Below the pieces are notes generated by a model. It was not told the origin of the DNA. It ran no database searches and saw only the letters and a list, made by a program, of their open reading frames with translations. Position numbers and translations under genes: made by a program. From assembly GCA_963716395.1 (NCBI GenBank), contig OY970309.1:2240001-2304000 (forward strand): 64,000 nucleotides of DNA, given 5' to 3'. This DNA is from an uncultured Fibrobacteria bacterium. Lineage in GTDB: Bacteria > Fibrobacterota > Fibrobacteria > UBA11236. This document shows positions 42,493-51,112 of this stretch, piece after piece (within the stretch, counting starts at the first letter, position 1; each line of letters opens with the position of its first letter).

Positions 42493-43488
42493 TCAGATTT
42501 CCAGAATCCAGGTGTTGAGGGCGTGCTGGAATTCGACCATGGAGCGGGGCCGTTTTTCCACGTCGCGATCCATGCAGGCCAGCAGGAGTTCGCGCAGCTT
42601 CTCGCCTTTGTGAAACGGGATTTCCGGCACCTCGGGTTCGACGCGCGCCAATGCCGCCAGGCCTTCGCTGCGGAAGTCGATGGCCTCGCGTTTGGCGAAT
42701 GGATGCACGCCGGTGAAGGCGAAAGTCGCCATGCACGCCAGTGAAAAGATGTCGGTGCGGTGGTCGACCTGGTAATAGTCGCCGCCGAGCTGCTCGTAGG
42801 ACATATGCGAGGGCGTGCCCAGCACGGTGAGATGTTCGTCGGCCACGTCGTCTTTCACATAGGCCCAACGCGCCGCGCCCAAATCGGTGACGAAAGGCTC
42901 CCAGCCGCGCACGATGATGTTGCTGGGCTTGAGGTCGCGGTGGATGAGGCCGCGAAAGTGCAACTCGCCCACCACGCCCGCCACGGCGTTGATGAACACG
43001 ATGCGGCGCATCAGCTCTTTCAGGTCTTTCGGCTTTTTTTTGATCAGGTGCAGAAAATCCGGACCGTCGACGTATTCCATCATGGTGAAATAGTGGCGGT
43101 TGTGCAAATGCCCGTAGTCGTAGATCTTCACCACGTTGCGCACGTTCTGCGAGGTGAGATAGGTGTTGTAGAAGATCTCCGCGAGAAAGGTTTTGATGAT
43201 GCGGTTGTTGACCATGGGCTTGTCGGAGGCGTACAGCGAGGGCCGTAGCACGCGCAGCACCACGTCTTGCACCCCTTTGCCGGTCACGGTGACATGGGGC
43301 GCGAGAAACACGTCGCAGAAGCCGCCCGATCCCAGCCAGCGGGCGATGGCGAAATCGGGATCATAAGCGCGGAAATCCTCTTCCACCTGGCGGCGGTAGG
43401 TTTCCAGGGCGTCGGGCGATCCGCCTTCTTCCTGGCGGCCGCGGCGCGGAGTCAGCCAATTGGTGACGGTGGAGATGTGTAAATCCAT
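42493..43488 (-). CDS. Hanks-type Ser/Thr protein kinase-like protein (soluble)
   Basis: LGSGGFCDVF, HRDLKPSNI, TDLG, GTPSHMSYEQ, TDIFSL, KRP. Confidence 0.85.
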   Translation of the reverse strand: MDLHISTVTNWLTPRRGRQEEGGSPDALETYRRQVEEDFRAYDPDFAIARWLGSGGFCDVFLAPHVTVTGKGVQDVVLRVLRPSLYASDKPMVNNRIIKTFLAEIFYNTYLTSQNVRNVVKIYDYGHLHNRHYFTMMEYVDGPDFLHLIKKKPKDLKELMRRIVFINAVAGVVGELHFRGLIHRDLKPSNIIVRGWEPFVTDLGAARWAYVKDDVADEHLTVLGTPSHMSYEQLGGDYYQVDHRTDIFSLACMATFAFTGVHPFAKREAIDFRSEGLAALARVEPEVPEIPFHKGEKLRELLLACMDRDVEKRPRSMVEFQHALNTWILEI

Positions 43489-43592
43489 GGGGCGCCGCGC
43501 TGGTCAAAACCCAATGATATCAAAATTACCCCGGGTTTCTCCGGAGGTGCCTCAGCCCTTCATTCCGTACGGTTGCTAATTTGACGCACCGC

Positions 43593-44684
43593 ATGCAGGC
43601 TCCGGGAGAAACTCTGGTGGCGGTGGCCATGAGCGGCGGCGTCGATTCTTCGGTGGCGGCCCTGCTGTTGCAGCGCGCGGGTTACCGCGTGGTAGGGCTG
43701 ACCATGAAGCTGTGGAGCCCGCCGGCCTGCGACGACACGGGCGACAAAACCTGCTGCACCGTAGATTCGGCTTTGGACGCCAAGCGCGTCTGCGATCAAC
43801 TGGGCGTGCCGCATTACACCCTCGACATGCAGGCCGATTTCGAGGATCGCGTCATCCGGCCGTTTTACGACGCCTACCGCCGCGGCGAAACCCCGAACCC
43901 CTGCGTCAACTGCAACAGCTTCGTGAAATGGGATGCGCTCTGGAAGCGCGCCCAAGCCATCGGCGCGCAGCACATCGCCACCGGCCATTACGCCGTGCGC
44001 GTCGAAGAGGAAGGCTATGCCTACATCGTGCGCGGCGACGATCCCAACAAGGATCAAAGCTATTTCCTTTGGGGCATTCCGCCGGATTCGCTGCGGCGAA
44101 CTTTGTTTCCGCTGGGTGCGCTGACCAAGCCGCAGGTGCGCGTTCTGGCCGTCGAAGCCGGGTTGCGCACCGCACAGAAAAGCGAGAGCCAGGATATCTG
44201 TTTCGTGGCCAACGGGAATTACCGCGACTTCATCGCGGCGCGCGCGGCCGAACAAGGCCATGCTCTGGAACCCGGCCCCCTGGTGGGGCCGGAAGGCGAA
44301 ATTTTGGGAGAGCACCGCGGGCTGGCGCATTACACCGTCGGCCAACGCAAAGGCTTGGGTGTAGCCGTGGGCGAACCGCTGTATGTGCGCCGCTTGGAGC
44401 CTGCCACCAACACCGTGGTGCTGGGCCGCGCCGCCGATTTGGCGGCCTCTGTCTTTCGCGCCGACGGCTTCAACGGCTTCGGCCCGGAATGGACCGGCCG
44501 TGAACTGCTGGTGCAATACCGCTACCGCGCGACCGCGCGGCCGGCTTGGGCCGAACGCGGCGCCGGCGGAAGCGTGCAAGTTACCCTGCGCGAGCCGGGC
44601 ATCGGCATCAGCCCCGGTCAGAGCGCCGTGTTCTACGACGGACGACGCCTGTTGGGCGGCGCGCGCATCCGTGAAGTGGGTTAA
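43593..44684 (+). CDS. mnmA: tRNA 2-thiouridine(34) synthase
   Basis: AMSGGVDSSVAA, TPNPCV.CN, ATGHYA, KDQSYFL, ESQDICF, TVGQRKGLG, PGQSAVFY. Confidence 0.95.
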   Translation: MQAPGETLVAVAMSGGVDSSVAALLLQRAGYRVVGLTMKLWSPPACDDTGDKTCCTVDSALDAKRVCDQLGVPHYTLDMQADFEDRVIRPFYDAYRRGETPNPCVNCNSFVKWDALWKRAQAIGAQHIATGHYAVRVEEEGYAYIVRGDDPNKDQSYFLWGIPPDSLRRTLFPLGALTKPQVRVLAVEAGLRTAQKSESQDICFVANGNYRDFIAARAAEQGHALEPGPLVGPEGEILGEHRGLAHYTVGQRKGLGVAVGEPLYVRRLEPATNTVVLGRAADLAASVFRADGFNGFGPEWTGRELLVQYRYRATARPAWAERGAGGSVQVTLREPGIGISPGQSAVFYDGRRLLGGARIREVG

Positions 44685-44704
44685 GGTACTTCCGGTCTTG
44701 CGGC

Positions 44705-44771
44705 CTTCGACCGGCTCAGGCCGCATCGGTTGCCCTGGCCGCGGCTGTCGCGCTGGCTGAGCTTGTCGAAG
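44705..44771. repeat. REP-like inverted repeat between convergent genes
   Basis: CTTCGACCGGCTCAG (44705) and CTGAGCTTGTCGAAG (44757) match 13/15 as inverted repeats. They share the GAGC..GTCGA core with the 19501-19672 element. Confidence 0.65.
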
Positions 44772-44784
44772 CCAGCGACGGGTT

Positions 44785-45930
44785 TCAAAAACTCCAGTTC
44801 AGACGCAGATAAATCCCGTTGGCCGCGCCGTGCAGCCCCGCACCGGCGTAACCCGGATGTTGCCCGGCCAGTACCAGCGTCTGCGACAACAAAGTGAGAT
44901 CCCAGTTCTCGGCCAGCGAATAGGCCAGGGTCGGCAAAATGACCACGGCCCCGGCGTCGGGGGCATAGAGCAATCCCAAAGTGGGCGTGAACAGCGGCGT
45001 CACGGTTTTGCTGATCTGTCCGAACACAGCCCATTGCGAGGGAAAGGGGTTTTTGGCCGAGAGCCCGGTCGCGGCCCCGCTGAGCACGCCCGCCAAATCG
45101 CCCGCCCCTTGGCTGTTGAACAGCAGCGACCCCGACAGCCAGATGCCCCCAGGCAACGCCTCGTCGACTTCGGTCGTGACTACCACGGCGGCCGATCCGG
45201 AATCGGACACGGGTTCGAAAGCCGCGACCTCGCCCTTGAAGCTCGCTTCGCCCAGATTACCCGCCCATCCGAGGCCTTCGGCCGCATCGCCGCGCACCCA
45301 GCCGCCCAGCGCCTGAAAATCGTAAGTCCAGCGGTTGAAGCCCAGGCGCAGCGCGGCCACGGCTTTGTCTTGTGCGTCGATCTTGGCCGCGGCATCCAGG
45401 GTCAGCGGTCCGGGAAAGATTTGCAGACGCACCGCGTCGGAACCGGGGCGTTCGGGGTAATCGAAATCGAGAAAGTCGTAGGCATTGAACCAGTCATCGG
45501 GATTCCACGTGGTGGCCACGCCCCAATTCACGCGTTGCCGCCCCAGCGTCAACTGCCAGGCGGTTGCCTTCCATTGTGCCCAGGCGCGATCCACGGAAAG
45601 ATTCCAGATCGCGCCGGTCTGATCCACGACGTTCCAGGATAAATCCAAACGCCCCGGGTCTTGCGACAACTGCGAGCCGAGACCGGCGTAATCCCGTACG
45701 GCATCGCCGTAATACAAACGGTTGCGGCCTTCCAGCGCAGCCGAAAAAGGTCCGGCCGGCGCGAAGCGCACGTTGAGCCGGTTCTGCACCCAGTTCAAGG
45801 CATGCAGCGAATCGAGGTCGTCGGAGAATTGCGCGCCCTGCACCGCATCGACGTAACCTTGCAGTGACAGGGGGCCCTCGGCTGCGGCGGCCAGGCCCAA
45901 CAACCCGGCGAGGCTTGGGAGGATTTTCAT
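44785..45930 (-). CDS. Hypothetical outer-membrane beta-barrel protein of the ABC cassette
   Basis: Signal peptide, DRAW, LGRQRVNWG...WNP.D.FN, ERPGSDA, terminal LRLNWSF. Confidence 0.75.
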   Translation of the reverse strand: MKILPSLAGLLGLAAAAEGPLSLQGYVDAVQGAQFSDDLDSLHALNWVQNRLNVRFAPAGPFSAALEGRNRLYYGDAVRDYAGLGSQLSQDPGRLDLSWNVVDQTGAIWNLSVDRAWAQWKATAWQLTLGRQRVNWGVATTWNPDDWFNAYDFLDFDYPERPGSDAVRLQIFPGPLTLDAAAKIDAQDKAVAALRLGFNRWTYDFQALGGWVRGDAAEGLGWAGNLGEASFKGEVAAFEPVSDSGSAAVVVTTEVDEALPGGIWLSGSLLFNSQGAGDLAGVLSGAATGLSAKNPFPSQWAVFGQISKTVTPLFTPTLGLLYAPDAGAVVILPTLAYSLAENWDLTLLSQTLVLAGQHPGYAGAGLHGAANGIYLRLNWSF

Positions 45931-46628
45931 CCCGCCTTTTGGGTTTCGTCGGCGGCGATGCGGCCGTCGACCAGGCGAATCACGCGATCGGCGCGTTCCA
46001 CCACGCGCGGGTCATGGGTGGAGAATAAAAAGGTGGTGTGTTCTTCTTGGTTCAGGCGGCGCATGATGTCGAGCAGATTCAGGGCCGAATGCGAATCGAG
46101 ATTGGCCGTGGGTTCGTCGGCCAGAATGAAACCCGGCCGCGATGCTAACGCGCGCGCCACGGCCACGCGCTGCTGCTCGCCGCCGGAAAGCTGCGCCGGC
46201 CGCTGATTCCGGCGCGCTCCGAGTCCCACGGCATCGAGGAGGTTGCGGGCGCGCTCTTCCCGTTCGGCGCGGGGTTTCCCCTGCAAGAGCAGGATGAATT
46301 CCACATTTTCGCGCGCCGTGAGCACGGGAATGAGATTGTAGGCCTGGAATACGAAACCGATATGGTGCAGGCGAAAATCGATGAGCTCGTTCGCGCCCAA
46401 AGTTTGCAGATCGCGGTTTTCCACGCGCAAGGTTCCCGAGGTCGGGCGATCGAGGCCGCCCAGCAGATTCAGCAAGGTGGTTTTGCCCGACCCCGAAGGG
46501 CCGATCACAGCGGTGAATTCGCCGCGCGCCACCGTGAGATCCACGCCATCGACGGCCTTCACCGGGACGGCGCCGCCATAAATCTTGGTGAGCCGGCGGG
46601 TTTCGATGACGGGAGATTCCGGTTGCAT
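45927..46628 (-). CDS. ABC transporter ATP-binding protein (LolD/MacB-type)
   Basis: [46 protein letters not shown]. Confidence 0.93.
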   Translation of the reverse strand: MQPESPVIETRRLTKIYGGAVPVKAVDGVDLTVARGEFTAVIGPSGSGKTTLLNLLGGLDRPTSGTLRVENRDLQTLGANELIDFRLHHIGFVFQAYNLIPVLTARENVEFILLLQGKPRAEREERARNLLDAVGLGARRNQRPAQLSGGEQQRVAVARALASRPGFILADEPTANLDSHSALNLLDIMRRLNQEEHTTFLFSTHDPRVVERADRVIRLVDGRIAADETQKAG

Positions 46629-46647
46629 GCTTCCTTTCCCGACGCGA

Positions 46648-47865
46648 TCACAAGGATCGAATCGCCTCTACGGGGCGCAATTTCAGGGCCTGGCGGGCGG
46701 GCAAAAGCGCCGAAAGCACGGCGGTGACCGACACCAAGGCCAGGGTTTCGAAGTAATGCCGCAGCAGCAGTTTGGGGTAGACGAAGGAGTCGAAGCCGAA
46801 CGACGAAAGCCCCTGCGCCCAATGCGACAGGTTGATGCCGGTGCGACCCAGCACGGCAGTGGTGAGCGCGGCCGCGCCCAACCCGAAGGGGCAGCCCGCG
46901 AACACGATGAACACGGTTTCGATCAGGATCATGCCGAACACGCGGCGGCGGTGCATGCCGAGCGCCATGAGCATGCCGATTTCGCGCGTGCGTTCCAGCA
47001 CCGACATGAGCATGGTGTTCATGATGCCGAAGGCCAGCCCCAGCAAGGTGATGACGAGGATCACCAGGATCTTAGCTTCGAAGCCGCTTTGCATGAAAGC
47101 GAGTTCCGGGGCCAATTGCCGCCAGCTTTCCACCACCAGCTTGGGACGCAGGGCCCGCACCGCCGCCACGGCCGAATCGACGGCGTCGCCCCGGCGCAAT
47201 CGCACCGCGATTTCCTGCACGGCGTCGGAGTCGAGCCCCAGCAAACGGTTCAGGGTCGCGCGCGGCACGAAGACCATGGCTTCGTCGAAATGCGCGTCGG
47301 TGGATTTGTAGACGCCCGCCACGCGAAAAGCGCCCGCAGCCATGCCGCCCTGGGCATCCTGAAAGGTGAGCACCACCTTGGCCTGCGGCTTCAGTCCGCG
47401 CTTGCGGGCCAACGCCGCGCCCACCACGATGGCGTTGCGGCCGGATGCCTGCAGAAAGGCGCCCTGGATGATTTTGCCGCCCATTCCCGTGGTGGCGTTT
47501 TCCGCGGCGGCGTCCACGCCCCGGATTTCCACGCCCGCCGCCCCATGCGCCTCCGAGAGCATGCCGCGCGCCAAGGTGCGGGCCGACACCGCGCGCGTGT
47601 CCGCTCCCGCGCGCAGCCTCTGCGCCAGCGCCGCGCCGCCGGGAATGGTCCGGTCTGCCGTGAATTCCGGTTTGAAGCCGGGCGCGTGGATTTGGAAATG
47701 CGAGACTTCGCCGTCGATGCCGGCGCGCACGTATTGATCGACCATGCCGTAGCCGAAGGCCATCATGAACAAGCCCGCCCACAATCCCACCGCCACCGAA
47801 GCGATGAGCAAGGCGCTGCGAAAAGGGCTGCGCCACACATTTCTCCAGGCCAAAATCGCCAGCAT
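46648..47865 (-). CDS. ABC transporter permease (LolC/E, MacB/FtsX-type)
   Basis: LAWRNVWR, NTMLMSVLERTREIGMLMALG, PARQALKLRPVEAIR. Confidence 0.9.
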   Translation of the reverse strand: MLAILAWRNVWRSPFRSALLIASVAVGLWAGLFMMAFGYGMVDQYVRAGIDGEVSHFQIHAPGFKPEFTADRTIPGGAALAQRLRAGADTRAVSARTLARGMLSEAHGAAGVEIRGVDAAAENATTGMGGKIIQGAFLQASGRNAIVVGAALARKRGLKPQAKVVLTFQDAQGGMAAGAFRVAGVYKSTDAHFDEAMVFVPRATLNRLLGLDSDAVQEIAVRLRRGDAVDSAVAAVRALRPKLVVESWRQLAPELAFMQSGFEAKILVILVITLLGLAFGIMNTMLMSVLERTREIGMLMALGMHRRRVFGMILIETVFIVFAGCPFGLGAAALTTAVLGRTGINLSHWAQGLSSFGFDSFVYPKLLLRHYFETLALVSVTAVLSALLPARQALKLRPVEAIRSL

Positions 47866-47869
47866 GGTT

Positions 47870-49084
47870 TTATTTCCCCATCGAGGCCAAGGGATCGAGG
47901 CGCCACACCCGCAGCGCCGGAATCACGGCCAGCGCAGCGGCCAGCACCAACACCACCGCGCCTTGGTCGAAAAAAATGAAGGGGTGGGTGGCCGCCGGCA
48001 TCACCGGTTCCATGCCGAATTGCCGGAACGAGACCGCGGTCTGGCCCGTGAAGCGCAGCGGATGCGCCGCGAACCACAGCACCACCGGCAGGCTGCCGCC
48101 CAGGCCCGCGGCCGCGCCGAGGCCGATCAACCCCAGCGATTCGAGCAGCACCATGGCCGCCAGCCTGGTCCGATGCATGCCGATGGCGGCCAGCATGCCG
48201 AACTCGCGCCGCCGCTCATGCGTCATCATCAGCAAGGTGCTGAAGATGCCGAAGGCGATGATGAGATAGAGCACACCAATCATGATGGTGCCTCCGGCCT
48301 TGTCGCCGGCGATGGCCTGTTTGAGCTCGGGCAGCATTTCTTCCCAATCCATGACTTCGTAGCCTTTTCCCAGGGTTTTCCGCAGCGCGGCCCGCAGCAT
48401 CGGCACGTCCCGGGCCGCGGAGGGCCGCGCCACCCAGGCCGTGAGGCGGCCGTCGGCGGCGAACAGGGTTTGCGCCGCGGGCAAAGCGAGATACACCATG
48501 CGGCTGTTCAATTCCGGGGAACCGAAGCGCACCAGGCCGCGCACGGGATAGCGACCCGCGGCGCCGGCTCCGTGATAGCCCTGGCCCAGCAGAAACAAAG
48601 TATCGCCCACCGCCAGGTGCAATTGCCGCGCCAGTTCCTCGGCCACCAGCGCGCCGGCGTCGTTGCGGGCCAGATAGGAGCCGGCCGTGACGCGCGCGGC
48701 GAGATTCGTGATCTTGGTCTCTTTTTCCGGATCAATTCCAGCCACGGCCGCGGCCGTGGTCAGATTGCCGGTCGAAGCCAAGGCGAAGGATTCGAGGCGC
48801 GGCGCCAAATCCATCAGGCCCGGCTGTGTCCGCAGCTTGCGCTCCAGCGCGGCGTCGGGGGCGAAGCTGTTGTCGAGCGAGCGGTCGTCCCAATATCCCG
48901 CCCGGTGAATTTGCAGATACCCGGTGTACATGCCGGCCAGGTTGTCGATCATGCGATCATAGGTTCCGAATTGCAGCGACCGCATGGACACGGCCAGGAG
49001 CACGGCGAAGAACACCGACGCCGCGGTGATCAGCGAGCGGTTTTTGTTGCGCCACAGATTGCGCCAGGCCAGTAACGCGATCAT
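47870..49084 (-). CDS. ABC transporter permease (LolC/E, MacB/FtsX-type)
   Basis: LAWRNLWRN..RSLIT, ERRREFGMLAAIG, PALRVWRLDP. Confidence 0.9.
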   Translation of the reverse strand: MIALLAWRNLWRNKNRSLITAASVFFAVLLAVSMRSLQFGTYDRMIDNLAGMYTGYLQIHRAGYWDDRSLDNSFAPDAALERKLRTQPGLMDLAPRLESFALASTGNLTTAAAVAGIDPEKETKITNLAARVTAGSYLARNDAGALVAEELARQLHLAVGDTLFLLGQGYHGAGAAGRYPVRGLVRFGSPELNSRMVYLALPAAQTLFAADGRLTAWVARPSAARDVPMLRAALRKTLGKGYEVMDWEEMLPELKQAIAGDKAGGTIMIGVLYLIIAFGIFSTLLMMTHERRREFGMLAAIGMHRTRLAAMVLLESLGLIGLGAAAGLGGSLPVVLWFAAHPLRFTGQTAVSFRQFGMEPVMPAATHPFIFFDQGAVVLVLAAALAVIPALRVWRLDPLASMGK

Positions 49085-49087
49085 GCG

Positions 49088-49834
49088 TTAACGCAATCCC
49101 GTCAGATGGCGCAAGGTGAAGGTGTCGTCGGGGATGGGTTGATTGAACACCGCCGACCGATAGGTGAACACGGTTTTCTGGCCGGGCTTGTCGGCGGGGA
49201 TCATCTCCAGACGCGTGGGCATGAGCCGGCCGCCGAGCGTTTTGATCTCCGACCCGATCAAGGTGTTGACCAAGGCGCCGTCTTCGTCGTAGAACTCGGT
49301 TTTGAGTTCGAGATAATTTTTGACGCCGATCCACAGGCGCACCTTGCCCCACACCACCGGCGCGCCCGGTTTGGGCTGCAAGTCGATCACCCAGCACGGC
49401 CGTCCGAGCAAGGTGTCGCGCCCCGCCATGGTTTGCACGTAATCGTCGACCATCGAGGCTTCTTTGACGAAATCGTCGTTGGTCATGTCGGTGCCCATCC
49501 ACGACTGCGACATCATGGAGGGCGGCAGTTTGATGGTGCGCTCCAGCGCCGGCACCCAATTCCACACTTCGCGGCCGCGCTTGAGAAAGGCCGTGCCCTG
49601 ATCGTGGGCCGGCGCGGTGATGAGCACCAAGGCCAGGTCCTGGCCGCGCGACCAGGTCTTGATGCCGAGGGTGCGCGTCCAGGTGGGGCGGATGACTTCG
49701 ATGGAGACTTCGGTGGTCGAGGTTTTGCCGCGCATCTGCAGGTCGGCCTGGCGCACGATGTCATGGGCGTCTTGCGCCCGGGCGCCGGCCCACACCACCA
49801 GGGCCCCGGCCAATAAATTCCGGAAAGGAATCAC
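49088..49834 (-). CDS. LolA-like outer membrane lipoprotein-sorting protein
   Basis: Signal peptide, GTAFLK...VWNWVP.LERTIKLPPSMMSQSWMGTD.TNDD, PTRLEMIPADKPG. Confidence 0.85.
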   Translation of the reverse strand: MIPFRNLLAGALVVWAGARAQDAHDIVRQADLQMRGKTSTTEVSIEVIRPTWTRTLGIKTWSRGQDLALVLITAPAHDQGTAFLKRGREVWNWVPALERTIKLPPSMMSQSWMGTDMTNDDFVKEASMVDDYVQTMAGRDTLLGRPCWVIDLQPKPGAPVVWGKVRLWIGVKNYLELKTEFYDEDGALVNTLIGSEIKTLGGRLMPTRLEMIPADKPGQKTVFTYRSAVFNQPIPDDTFTLRHLTGLR

Positions 49835-49886
49835 GACGCGCGGAAAATAAAATATCCGCGGCGCTTCGGCCGGTTGCGAAAAATTT

Positions 49887-50978
49887 TCAATCGCTCTCGC
49901 GGGTCAGCACTTCGGTGGCGGTGGCCCGATTTTCGATGGTGGCAACGCTTTCATCCAGGCGGCGCAACGCTTCGAGCAGGAGCCCCATGGTATCGTCTGC
50001 GACGTTTTCGGTGGGCGGCGGTTCGTTCACGTTGAAATAGAAGACGCCGTCCTTCCAATGAAAGGCGGCGTACAGCGCTTCGGCGCCTTCCTGGTCATCC
50101 AGCAACGCGTAAATCAGGCGGCCTTCGCGAAAGCCGAAGTTCGCCTGCCGCAGACCTTCCTGCACGTACAGCGATCCCGTCAGGCGCGAAGACAGAATCG
50201 ATTGAAAGATGTCGGCGATGCCGAACAAGGCCAGGTTGCCGGAAATGCCCGGGGCCAGGAGCCGCGTCAGGCGCACATTGCTGACGCGGATGCGCTTGCT
50301 CAGCATGCGGTAGAGAATGATGCTGAGCAGGGGAAACTCCGACAGCAGGCGGTGGAATTCGGGGCGTGCCACCGCCAACAGCAGGCATTTCTCGGTGGCC
50401 TCGACGCGGTTGCTGGTGGCGGCGCCCGTGAGCAGCGACATTTCCCCGAAACAGTCGCCTTTGCGCAGCGTCGACAATTCGAGCACGCGGCCGTCGGCCC
50501 CCTGCGCCGTAACGCGCACCGCACCGGAGAGGATGACGAAGAAATATTCGCCGGCCACCTGATCTTCGAGAATCATTTCCCCCTTGCGGTAGCGCAGAAC
50601 GCTGGAGCGTTCGCGCACGCCGCGGGCGATGGGCGCCGGCAACTGTTCGAGAAACGAAACGGCCAATTGCCCTTCGGAGGTCAGCATGTCTTCAAGTTCG
50701 TTGGCCGGCCGGTTCAAATCGCGGGTGCGGCAATAGGCCCAGCGGCAGGAACAATGCTTGAACCCTGATTCGAAGCGGCCTTCGTCTCCGGCGCCTTCCA
50801 GCCCCAGGGGCAGAAAGCTGGTGACGGGCATGATGCAGCCGTGCGTGCGATGGGAGTAAACACCCGGGAGACGTACCTGCAACGTGTCGCCCCGGGTATA
50901 AAAAGGACAATTATCAAGGCTTAGGGCCTTGAGGGCATAGGCCGTTTCGGGCTGTTCTTCGTCGTCACGGGCGGGCAT
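49887..50978 (-). CDS. Cyclic-nucleotide-binding domain plus DUF4388 (PatA-N-like) protein
   Basis: cNMP motif FFVILSG.V.V...GDCFGEMSLLTG and C-terminal SGNL..FGIADIFQ...TGSL...GLLLEALRRLDE. Likely start MPARDD at 50978. Confidence 0.8.
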   Translation of the reverse strand: MPARDDEEQPETAYALKALSLDNCPFYTRGDTLQVRLPGVYSHRTHGCIMPVTSFLPLGLEGAGDEGRFESGFKHCSCRWAYCRTRDLNRPANELEDMLTSEGQLAVSFLEQLPAPIARGVRERSSVLRYRKGEMILEDQVAGEYFFVILSGAVRVTAQGADGRVLELSTLRKGDCFGEMSLLTGAATSNRVEATEKCLLLAVARPEFHRLLSEFPLLSIILYRMLSKRIRVSNVRLTRLLAPGISGNLALFGIADIFQSILSSRLTGSLYVQEGLRQANFGFREGRLIYALLDDQEGAEALYAAFHWKDGVFYFNVNEPPPTENVADDTMGLLLEALRRLDESVATIENRATATEVLTRESD

Positions 50979-51112
50979 GACGCGAAGAATATAACTCGCG
51001 GAATCCCCGCCTTTCCAAGGCCGCCCCGAAGGCAAAAGCCCGTTTTTTCGGTGTTTGAGGGGCTGTAGGCGGTAACCGGCGCGGAATTCCGCCTGCGGGA
51101 ATGTGCGCCGCG

